Shown here in pieces: positions 43,728 through 56,103 of a stretch of 64,000 bases of DNA (positions are counted from its first letter, which is position 1; the number at the start of each line of letters is the position of its first letter). This stretch comes from Thalia democratica. Lineage: Eukaryota. The notes under the pieces were generated by a model that worked only from the letters and a program-made list of their open reading frames with translations, was not told where the DNA came from and searched no databases. The position numbers and the translations under genes are program-made. The stretch covers positions 23,498,001 to 23,562,000 of the forward strand of contig OZ241826.1 in the NCBI GenBank assembly GCA_965202585.1, written 5' to 3'.

Positions 43728-43871
43728 CTGCTTGTTCATGTTGTTCTGTTCCGATGACGTAACTGAAATAGGTAGTTGTGGCGTCATCGTTTCCATGGTA
43801 ACCATGTTGCCTGGCGATGACGTAGAAGAGGTGATGATGTTGCCCGAATATATTGATGATGTCATTAACAT
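43728..43871 (-). CDS. Pax2/5/8: Distal isoform coding exon 1 (MLMTSSIYSG...NNMNKQ, 48 aa)
   Basis: Acceptor atacag|43889, ATG at 43871, donor cag|gtgaag, phase 0. Composition matches the other exons. Confidence 0.7.
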
Positions 43872-46800
43872 TTTGCTACTTTATTTGATCTGTATTCAAA
43901 TATTAGCTTAACAAAAAACTTTTTGTATGCAGTAATAACAATTTTTAGAACAAAAGGCTTTTTTTTTGGATCGCTTTACCATTTTAATAAAAGATAAAGC
44001 GTCAACCTTACACAGAATTACAGCTTAATCATGAATAGATTTTAAATATATTTACAAAAAAAAAGATCAAAGGCAGGAAAGTATTAACTCAGCTTTTACA
44101 AAACTTCAGATAAGCTTATTTGATCGTAGTCAACGATTTTACTTCAAATGCTCTGTTACTTTGTAAAATCTTAATAAGTTAATATTTTAAACGCTGACTT
44201 CTGCTCAAAACGTAATATAACTGAAAAATAAATTTATTAAAGATTATTTATTAGCTCGTATCAATAAAAAAACTTATAAAGGTCAATTGCTGTTGCTATC
44301 AACATCAACCGTGATTTTTTTTTCAAATATTTCTTTCAGATTTGAATGATTTTGCAGATTTGGACTTGGAGCATGTCCAAAGCTAATTTGTTTGCAAAAA
44401 CATTTCGAGTTGAAAAGATGAAAAACTTCAAATGAAGTGTTTTTGACTGATGCGATCTTTACTTGACGTTTGGCTTCAGCTGATTACTTGTTGTTTTAAT
44501 TTAAAAGTTTTTAATCTAAATAAATGCAGTTTCTTTTGATTAAAAGTTTATTTTAAGCTTTTCGGTAGATTTTCAATAAAAACAAAGTTTCTTAAAAAAA
44601 ATCAATAAATTAAATGAATAAACCTAGTTATGCTCTAAATAAACTAAATTGTGTTTAACATACTAAAACTTATTTTAAATAAACATAAAAAAGTAAAAAA
44701 ATCAGCTAAGATGTTATTTTAAAGCAGTTCAATTGGAGCTTTTCAATGATAGCCCGCGAATACTTCATATAGAATATTTTGTATGGTCTATTTGATAACA
44801 ATGCCGTAAAAGTTTATTCTGAGAAATATTATGCATATGCGTAAGAAAATATTCATGATATTTGTTGATTTATCAGCATATTTAGATGAAGTAATGGGGT
44901 ATTAAAACACGCAATATTAAATAAAAATACTTTAATGTTTAGATTTTTATTAAATAATTATAGTTGTTATACGATATATTTTCTTTAGGCATACACTTAG
45001 TTTGTTCTTAATATTGTCATAAAAATGCAAATGTTTTTAAATTAAAAATCAATGTTGTGCTATGCTAAAAAAAACTGTTTATTCATATTTAATACTTAAT
45101 TTTCAACTTTTAAAAAATTTTCATGCGATTTGACTTTGCATATTTAACTAAAACTGACCTTTTTAATAGAAATTTTTTAAAAAATAAATATTACTAACTA
45201 AAGGCGGCAATACCTTTCACGATTTTGCAAAAGAAAACTCTTTATTTACTTTTGTCATTAAAACTTTGATTCATGCTTTGAAGAGTGTCTTGTGAAGGTG
45301 ATGAAAATTTATTTAACGGTGTATTCACTTGAATACATTGGTATTGTGTGTGAAATTTTTTATCTACTGTGTTATTTTGGGGTTGATTCTTTTTATATGC
45401 ATTCTTAGAGGTAGAGATTGTGCAATAAGTTGCGAAACTTGCTTCTTACCTAAATACTAGTTTAAGAATTTTTTGTGCTTATTTTAGCAGCTTCAAAATA
45501 TTTGTACACTGGTAAAGTTTTCTTAAAAGTCTTGTAAATGAGTTTTAAGGTTTTGAAATCGAAATTTTGAAATAAAAAGAGTTGTTTAATAAAACAGCTT
45601 TGGCTTACAGCTCAATGTAAAATACTAAAAAAATTTTTTTATGTTTCCATCGCAAAGTAGCTAAGACAAGAAAATGGTAAATGCTAGGTTTGTAGTTAGA
45701 TGCATTTAAACGGTAAAATTTTAATAAAGCATCAATCAGTAAAATGACTCACTAATATCAATCACCCTATTTAATTTGTAGAATAAATTATAACTGAAGT
45801 ATTCAAAAGTTATTTTTTATTTTACTACATTACAACTAATTTTTATCAATTAATTTTTAAATTAAGCCAAAAAGAAGCTTATAATTTTAAGTAGCTGGGA
45901 AATAAGAGCTAGATTTTGTAAAATATAAAAAAATAAGTTTTATTAAAAAACTAGCTTGATAAAAACTTTTGTAACTGGATGCATTCATTTAAAGAGCAAA
46001 AATTTTACAAAAGCGGCATCAATCAGCAAGCTGACTCATTAATTACAATTACTTGTCTCGTTTACAGGTGATTATTTCACTTGTTAATTGACAATAGTGA
46101 GCTAGCGTCTTGTTTCTGATGCTGATTTGTCTTACTTACACCCCACTGCTTACAACGCTGATGTCAATTATTGCAGCTTTAAAAAGCGTGTACAAGGCAA
46201 ACATCGATGTTAATGAATATTAATTGCACATTGAAAACTGTTTAAGTACCTAATACATTCATTTGAAGTTGAGATAACTAACTAACCGGTGTAAAGCGCA
46301 GTTATGTGTTACTTAACCTCTTCAACTCAAATTTGATTATTCATTCGATCGAAAATAATAAAGAAATTGACCAAGTAGTTATTTTGGAAACTTTAAACTT
46401 ACAAACGCAAGCAGTTTTTACGAAAAATATTTTGGTTAAGAGATTCTTGAAAGTATTTAAAAAAAGTATCATTTTGTTCGTTTAACTCATGTGGTTCTTA
46501 ACTTTACATAATTAAATAGTATAATTATTATAAGTAATTAAAAGAACTAAAAATACTTTAACACAAATATTAATATTTCATTAAACCAGATACAGCTGAA
46601 AAAACAGTTTTTAATTAATTTTGTTTTAATTTTGAGAAAACAGCTAATAAATTTTTGTAATTAAAGTTGAGGCGAACATTACGTTAGGTCATTAAATTTT
46701 ATCCGCATAAAAATTCGAAAGGATCTTCAGCTTGAGAACCACTAATATTTCTACGATTATAGAAATTATAATAACACTGACACTCATGCTTATGTTAAGT

Positions 46801-46944
46801 CTCAATAAACAATCTAAACTTTCTATTTTCTTAAAAAAAAACACCTCACAAACTACTTTTTCTCTGAAGCATCACTTACCCAAATGTTATTTGGCTGCAC
46901 AAAACAAACAATTGATAAAACAAAAGTTTATAAAATGCCTGAGG

Positions 46945-47065
46945 CAGTGACCCCCTCTCTCGTATCGCCATGGCAACCTTCTTTACTTTCGAGAGAGATA
47001 ATCTCCACAGCAACCGATGTTGGGATTACCTGTTACCCGGCAACATCGGCTGACCCCTTTTCAAT
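46945..47065. promoter_or_regulatory. GC-rich island with X-box-like sites; candidate distal promoter or first exon
   Basis: ATCGCCATGGCAAC at 46964-46977, GTTACCCGGCAAC at 47032-47044, minus-strand donor cag|gtaatc at 47030/47029. Confidence 0.45.
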
Positions 47066-50000
47066 TTGATTATGTTTTTGTTTGTACATAAATTAAAAAT
47101 TTTAATTAAATACTTTGATAAAGTTGAATTAGTAAACAATCTTAAAATTGGTTGAAATATAATTCATAAGCACTTTCTACGGTATGCACTTTTTACGGCT
47201 GAATTAAGCTGACCTCTTTGCTTCTTGATTATTTTCTTTAATCTAAAGGTAATTAATGTTTTTAAGTTTTTTTTTTGCACTTTGTTTGTGTGTATTCACA
47301 AAAACTCCAACCTGAAATGTGATACGAACAGCCTTATGGTGATTGTATTACAAAAAATTCAGCTGTGCTGATAAAAAAATGTCACATAACAGTTTTAAAA
47401 AAGCCTTTTCTTTGTATTTTAATAGTTTAATCTAAAATATTAAACTTCTGAAAAATTTAATTTGTATTTTGAATTGTTTAATTTTCGTTGGCTTGTTTAT
47501 GTGTTTTAGATCTTTTAATGCGAACAGTTTTCTTTAAAACTTTGGACTAGTTTAATATTGTTCAATGGACTAGTTTAATAAAACAAATAAGAAAATATAA
47601 TTGAAAAAAATTTGTGTTTTAGTTTTTTTTTTTGTAATCTAGTTATATTTTCACGTATTTTTTTTCTGTCAAAAACTAAAAATAAAAAATCGTGATAGAC
47701 TGTAAATCGTACATATTTCATTCTCTTCCGTCATTTAAATCTATTTACAGGTATCATTTAAAAAGAATTACGCCAACTATTTTGTTCATTATATACATAA
47801 ATAGCTGTATTGCGTTGTACTTAAAATTTCTTAATTTATAACTTAATTTTTGTAAGTTAAGAAAATGTTTTTATGATATCAGTGTAGTTTACTTATGTAT
47901 CAGTGTATTTTTTCTAAACTTTAAATTTGCTTTTACTTTGCAAATTTAACTTTAATAGCTCCTTTAACGTTTTTTTTTTCTAATCGTGTTTAAGGGAGCT
48001 GAATTGGGATTAAAAAAAAATTCTAAAACTGAAAACAATGAGTATGTACCAAAAATAACCTTTAGAGGTGTTACATACAATTGTGATTATAGATAAAATT
48101 GAAAATTTTGGTAGTTAACAACTAATTTATGATTTTACTATGCTGACTACAAATATTTTAGCATAACATTTTGATTTGATAAAAAAAACTTTTGTATTTA
48201 TCTTAAAACTTAGCTTACAAAATATGTTGTTACTGTAAAGTTAGTAAAGATATTACACAAAAATAAAAAATATTTCATGATAGTGATCTTAAACAGAAAC
48301 TACAAAATATAATACATAGACTTTAGATAATAAATAAAACTTTTCTTAGTTTAGTTTAAATTCATAAGTGTTCAAATGCTTTTGAAACTTTATTAAAGTT
48401 TTAAAAGACTTTTCATTGTATATCTGTTTTCTTGAAGTTGTGAAATAAATATTTGAGGTAACCAAAAACTTGGACTAATATCTAGTTTCTCATTTGTAAA
48501 GAGCTTTATAATTGGTGCAATATTTTATGTTTCAAATTATGAAAATAAGAATACAAAAATAATAAGCTTTGTTGAGAAATTGAAAAACTTCACAGTAAGG
48601 CAGAAATCAAAACTCACAAGTCCATATCAACAGAGTTACTAAACCATATCAACAATTACTGGTCCATATAATTAGTGGCCTACAAATAAAACGAGTCTGG
48701 AGTAAATTTAACTGCTCGACCATAGTACATAAACAAAAATAGAATATTTCAAATTTATCACATAGTTTTTTAGAAACAACAAAACTTGTATAAATTTGAG
48801 CTTTAGCCTGGCTATAATTATCATAGCTGTGGTAAAGAAAAAAAAAACCTTATATTTATGCTTTCATGTTAGTATTCATGTCTAAATCAGATTATGAAAA
48901 ATCTTATTTTGAATAATTTTTTGCTTCAAAATAGTTTACGCCTTTCAACCATTTTATTAAAATTTGTAACTACCAAGCTTTTTTTTGTATTTGAGTTTTT
49001 TACTTAAACTACTTGTACTTAATTTAAACGTACCTTTTAAATAATCAGCATACTTAACATAGTCTTATTAGTATGTAGCACGATTTTAAAAGATTAAATA
49101 AATGTCTGTCGTTTCCTAGTACTTTTTGGTTTAAAAATCCCAAGACTTTCAGCAAATAATTAAGACTAGAAAAAGCTAAAACATATATCTGCGCCAGAAA
49201 ATTTTCAAAATGACAATTACTTTTCATTCTTATGAATAGACAAAATTTTATTTGTGAATTAAGTTGAATACATTAATAAAATAATCTGATTAGCAATCTA
49301 ATAAACGATTTCAGTAAATACAAAAGTAAATAGCTTTTTTTCAAGACTAAATCAATTTACTAACCAAACAAATCTTTGTACGTAAGACAAAGTGGTTTTC
49401 ACTAATTTCATAATTTTATTAACCTACTCAAAGTATTTCGTTTAGCGCTTTTCACGGCCGTTGAACGCTTAGTTTCCACGAAGCCCATAACAGTTATTTC
49501 AACAAGGTAATTGAAATATTGCCAAATTGAAAATAAAAAAACCTCAGAAAAAATTTCTTTTATCGAGTAACAAGATTACGGTGTTTGTTTTGTAAATATC
49601 TAAGAACTTAATTAAATCTCTTGTTGAGTTTAGAAACAGTTTCTTTAGGCGCATTGAAGTTCGGTTGACCGTGAGGTATTTTAATGCGTTTTTTATTATT
49701 AATATTTTTCTGCTGTATATTAATAGTTTCAGTATTTAACAACGCGTCACACTGATTAATCCGATCCAGTGTTTGGATTAAATGAACCGAAAAATAAGAC
49801 GCTCAGTTTTAAAGGCCATAAAAATCAAATTAAGCTATTTTCGCAGCGCAAACGCTTTGAATGACTTTGAATTAATACGTTAAAAGCATTAATGTCGCAT
49901 TTCGGTCTTATGAAAACATCGTTGTTGATATGAGCAATTTGAAGACTCGAAAAATTTAAAGCCGCGCTAAAAATTGCTTAAACTACGAACATTTTTTTTG

Positions 50001-53000
50001 CACGATAGTCAAATTCTTTAATTGAATAATAAACAACCAGGGAATAAACTTTAGTTTTTATTTTAATTTGAAGCTTTGTGTTTTATATAAAGCGATGTAC
50101 TTATAATTTAAAATTAGAGTCTAACATTAAAGACAGCTTTTAAGATTAAACAAGTATCCCTAAAATCACTAGTACAAAATAAATTAAATCAATTCTAGAA
50201 AGTATTTCCTGTCTGAAAATGAACGGTTTTTTTTATTAGTTATTGGATTTTAATTATTTGTCTAACTTTTTTTGGCGGCTACTAAACTTCATTAGTTGTT
50301 TAAGAGTTTAACTCCTTATAAAAAGCTACTTTGTTTTTCGCTTAAAAAGCCTGTTATTGAAAATTTTGTTTAAGTTCGTCCGGTACAAACTTCTACCATT
50401 TAAAAAACATGACAGTTATTAAAAACTTTTCCGGTTGACTGGTCATGGTTGCCAAGAAGATTATGGGTCGATGGTTGACGCGAAATCTTTTAATTCCCCG
50501 AATGCATAAACAATTTGCATTGCAAAACTTTTTCCGTGATGTTTTCAGCTTTTCGCGTAAAAATCTGAAAATTGCCTTAAGTTCTAGGTGATATTCTCAA
50601 TTGAAATTTATGAAGTTTTAAAAATGTCTTAGAGGTTAAAAAGTTTCACAAGTGAAAATTTATTGTAACTTATCCTAAATGCTTTATTTTTTGTGCAAAA
50701 TTAAAAATGTGTATTTAAGTATTCAATCTTCAAGGTTTTTAAAATAATCTTTTAGTCTTTGAAGTTTGAGTACCAAGGAAAGCCTTATATTCCTGTAGAA
50801 AATTTCAATATTTACTTCAAAGGTTTTTAGTGTAAAATTGTTAGTAAAAGTGCAATGCAATGCTTACGAAAAACAAATATGTCTGTTATTTTACTGCACA
50901 TGAAATTAAAGCTAAAAATATGTACCAGTTTTTCAAAATATCATTAAAATTTTTCAATTATTTTCAATATGACTTCAGTTATAAACCCTTTTAAGCATTA
51001 GTGAACGCATTTTCATTAAACTTTTAGAACAAATGCCTTCGTCAATGATAAAGTGTTTAAGTTGGAGTGAGCTATTTATTACGATATTAAAATACAAGTA
51101 AGAGAATTAGGCGTCTGTACGTTAGAAACTTGATTATGAAATACTGATTAACAATTTATCTTATTAAGAGCAATTAACTTGACAATAGTATCTATTATTA
51201 CTTTAACAAACTTAAATTCGTTTAGAAATTTTTCTTTTATAACAATCAATAAGTGTTCTTTGTTAGCTTATGACAACACGAACCTGTAACCAGTTAAACA
51301 TTTGTAAATAAGCATTATTGTTAGGTTTTTGATATTTGAATCGTTTTTTTTTGTATAGTTAAATAAATAAAAGCTAGTAAACTGAAACTAGAATAAACAT
51401 CTGTGTAAAAAATATTATTAAAAACTAGTTAAGTAAGTATTTTTAAACGTAACTTTAACTTATTAGAAAATTGAAAGGTTTCCGCTTGTTTAAATTCCTA
51501 CTTCTACGTTTTCCCGAAAAAAATACTAGAAATCTTCAAACTAAACTGTTTAAAAGGGAACAAGTACTTAAAAAACTTTAATGAACTAAGCAGAAATGTG
51601 ATTAACAAACTGAATAGATGCCAACTAAAAAAAGACGGAGCTTAAAAAAATATAGTTGGCTATATTATAACTATATGTAGTTCTTTTTAAATTAATCCAA
51701 GTCTAACTAGTTTGAAATAACCTAATACTAGCTTTTACATTTTAAGTATGTTTACGGCTTAAAATTATGAGTTTTTTTATTTAAAAAGTTTTCTTAACTC
51801 TATAAGAATCCAAAGAAGGCTTGTTATATTAATAACTTAAAAGTGTTAGCTTTAGTTTTGATTTTCAGTTTATTTTTACACCCGTTATTTGCTAAAAAAC
51901 AGTTGTAACAAACTAAAAATACTTAACTGATATTTTATATATAAGCAGACAGCTTTTAGATTTTAGCTATCGTACAATTAATTAACTTTGATGTTTTAAA
52001 AAATGACTGTTTTTATCAAGAGAAACTGATTAATTAGAAAATCATTCTAAAAGTTTGTTTTAAATAACTAAACTAAGCTATGAAATTTTCTCAGTTACAA
52101 AAACAAACAATTCATTTTCAAAAAATATCAAAAACTAGTTAAGAATAAACCTGATACTTTATTAACTATACAAATTCGATACTTTGTCTGTTTGCAAAAT
52201 TGTTGTTAGAAATAATAATCAAGAAAAATGTGTTTGTAACTAATATAATATATAATTAAGCTGCTTTTTGATGTATAGTTTCCTTTAATGACCTTTACTT
52301 TTATTAGTTCATTTTATGTATATAAGAAATAATAAATAAAATTTTTAGCGCATAGTAAGTATTTAGAAAGTAAATATGAACAGGTGTTGATTTGATCAAT
52401 GTCCAACTAAAAAATCCCTGTTATTCCATTATCTCCATAATCCTATCATCAGCTAGTTACTAAGATAAGACATCTTTAATATTATTGAAGTACATTTAAA
52501 GTGCTTTAAAAGTTCAGAATTTAAAAAATTAATGAGCTAATTAAAAAATACAAGCTTGAATGTGTTATAAATTGAACAATTAATATCATTGTAACATTTT
52601 TTTTTCTTAAAGTAAATCATCAAAAAATATAAGTGCAGTTATGTTAAGATATAATAAAAAAATTACTAGTGACCCCAATTAAAATAGAAAATGAGTTAAA
52701 ATTTTAATTGTTTAAAAATTTATATTAAACGTATCAGCGGTAACTTTTAACTCGAATTTAAACAATTAGTTGTGTTTTTTTTTAATTATTTATTTGGTAA
52801 ATTTACATTGACTAAGTTCAAACTAATTCCTTAAACTTGTTTTTAAACACTTACGTAATATTAAATGTTTATCGAGGATAAACACTTATTAGTGAACAGA
52901 AAAGTTATCGGAAAAACTCTAGTATTCTTTTAAACTTGTCCGAAAGTTGTTAGTATTTGTTAACATTTACAAAACATCTACACTTTTATTTGAAACTATA

Positions 53001-54344
53001 TAATTGAAACCTTTTTTTGTGTATTTTCACAAAAATATTAACCTTAATTTTGTTTCTTTTACTTAAATTCTTTTTTAATCACAGAAAAATAAACGTTTTG
53101 TTTGTTTTGTGACCAAGTTTAAATAAATAGTCTACCGGTAAAATAATGCTTCAGTAAAACCAAATAAACATAAAGTTTTTGTTTGCTTTGTAACAAAGTT
53201 TGTTTTCATGCGAAAATAATATGAACTCTGTGTGAACTTATCATTTTACAGTTAACTTTGATTATTTGTACTACTGAGTTACGCGTATTAATAATTTGAA
53301 AATCAAAGCATTTATGATTTACAATGTTAGTTAGATAATAAAAACCAAACACATATAGTTTAGTTTAATAAAGTATAGTACGAAATAAAAATCAGTTTAT
53401 TGTAAATAAATTGCATTTATATTACGTTTTGTGTAAGAAATTAAGTTATAAAGGTCTCTCTAAGAATTTAAAGTTTTTAAAGAACAAAACTTAGATTAGT
53501 ATGTAATGAATTTTTTCAAAATTGTTTAACTTACAACAAAAAAAAGAAGATGTACGTTTAACGGCAACGTAATAAGCAACGTAATGAATATATACTAAAA
53601 ACAACAGTTTTTTTTTACTTTTGTGAAACAAAGCACATATTAATATACTTTAAAATTTTCTGGATTTAGTATTAAGTGTTCATTAATGTAATTTAGCTTG
53701 TTTGTCATTAATTACATAATATAGTAGTGGTTTTGTAAAAATTTTTGGTTAACAACAGTGGCGACGCGTGTTATATTTGTTTAGGGTTGCGAAAATTTTA
53801 CAAGTATTTAAAAAATACGTTGGTTTAATGTTTTTAAAATTAACTTAGTGAGATAAAAACTCTGCAACTACAACAAATCGTTTTTAAACGATAATTTTAA
53901 TAGTTTTATAGTGTCATTGAAAAATATTTTTTTTAATGTGCTTCACTACACGCGACGCCCCTCGTTTACAGCTAGTTAGTTAAAAAGAGATTTTGCACGT
54001 ACTGCTGATGAGTTTTGTTGAAACTCTAAGGTGTTTCCAGTAGTATTTGCTAATTCAGCAATTTAAAAAAGATATTTATATATATTTTTTCTTTTATACG
54101 CTTAAACCTAACACACCTTACCTAAACACATTAAAAACTAATCAAAAAAGAAAATTTTAATAAATAAAACTAAAAATAACATGTAAAAAAAACTTTTTTA
54201 ATGCTTGCTCAGCAAATATTAGGAAAAACACCTTAACGTTTCAATCGGACCCACTGCTAACAGAAGAGCCTTAGACTTGCAACCGAAACCCATTGCAGCC
54301 GATGGAATACGCTTTGCCGGTCGAGTAAATAACGTATGTTATAA

Positions 54345-54950
54345 ATTCAACTTAACATGCGTTACTAAGCAACAAAACTTAAAACGATTTATTGCATTAT
54401 AATGTGTATTGTTGCAAGATTAGCAATGCAGATTTATGAAACGTAGTAATCTAATTTTCTGGAACTCAGTCGAAACATAATTCTGCTGCAATTTACTTTT
54501 TTAATGACTTGTTTTTTAACTACAATCGGTATAACACTTATTCAAATCATTACTGACAGGAAAATATTAAATAATGTTTTAAAGATATAGTTCATTAGTG
54601 AATTATTGCTTGTTTTATCATTAAATGTATAATTTAATTGTGGTATAAATATTTTTAGGTTAACAACTAAGATCTAGCTCTTTCAAAATAACCTTTTTGT
54701 ATTTCAACTTAAAATGCGTTACTAAGCAACAAAATTTAAAACGATTAGTGCATTATAATGTGTATTGTTCCAAGATTAGCTGTACAGACTTATTTAAGGT
54801 GATAGTTTTATTTTTTGGAACTCAGTCAAAAACAAAAAACAATTTTGCTGAAAATGATTTTTCTGATAGTTATGATCGGAAAAAAACATTAAATTAAATC
54901 AACGCTGACAGGAAAATGTCAAAAAAGGTTTTAAAGATTATCAATTAAGT
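54345..54950. repeat. About 360-bp tandem duplication, each copy carrying GTTACTAAGCAAC
   Basis: ttcaacttaa-atgcgttactaagcaacaaaa-ttaaaacgatt...gcattataatgtgtattgtt-caagattagc at about 54345 and 54703. Confidence 0.85.
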
Positions 54951-56028
54951 TGAAAAAAATGCACAATTAGATTAGTTGGTTTTCAATTAAGCGTTTCAGG
55001 ATGCTTTAAAAAGCTTTAAAATTAAAAGATGCCAAAAGTTACTTGTTTGTACGATACAATTAAGAATTGCGTACATTATAAAAACTATTTTAAGAACAAT
55101 ACTTAAAATTTAATAAAAAACCTAGTTCTCATCTTTTGTACGTCAAAAGTTTATTTTTAAATTACAGGAACCTTATTATTTATAAAAAATTCTACAAAAA
55201 AAAACCACAATCATTTAACTTGTTAGATAATTCAACTATGTACACTTAAATAGATTAAACTATTTTATCTCTAAACTAAACGTTCCAAATTAAAAATAGC
55301 TAAAAACTGTTTTTTGTTGTAAATATGAACCCTTTAAAACAATTGGTGTAATTATGTTTATTAGTCTAAATGTATATAAAACAGTTTTAAAGTTAATAAA
55401 AATTAGTACTTCTGTTTTATTTGAACAGTAGCACTACTCCAAGCTTATAAGGACTGTTCTAAAACTTTCCTGCACATTTATTTTTAGATGAGTAAAACTT
55501 TTTTTTTCAATATCTTTTTTAACTAATAAATTAATTAATGCACAAGTAAGCATCAATATAGAAACTGACGTTTTAACTTTGTTGAACTTTTTTTATTAGT
55601 TCACTAGCGACTCTGTATATTAAAAATATTTGTAAAAGCTTAAACTCTTACAAAAATTGTTTGAAAATGCATCAATAACACTTAGCAATGATGTTTTCAA
55701 GCACAACATAGAAGTTGTTTAAGCTTTGTTTTACATTTAAGGCCACAACTCAAAAAAGGCAGGTCTTTTTTGGTAAGTGGATAATCTTAAAATAATTTAA
55801 AACTAATCGTTAAAATAAGTAATATAGATATACTTAATTGTTTGTAGTTTATTTGTAGAATTTAGGTTAATATTTCATCAGTAGTTCAGCACTGAATTTA
55901 TTTAGTTAATTTATAGCTACAAAACCATAACTAATCCTTTAGATTAATAATATAGTAGTAGCTGATTATTTTTTTTACTAAGTTTTAAAGAAATTAAAAT
56001 TAATTTAAGTTATATTAGAATTATTTAG

Positions 56029-56103
56029 AAAATTAAAACACTAAATGTACTTTCGGTATATTGATAATTAATATACTGAAAGTACATTTAGTGTTTTAAT
56101 TTT
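56029..56103 (+). repeat. 75-bp hairpin (34-bp arms, one G-T pair, 7-nt loop)
   Basis: aaaattaaaacactaaatgtactttcggtatatt-gataatt-aatatactgaaagtacatttagtgttttaatttt. Confidence 0.9.
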
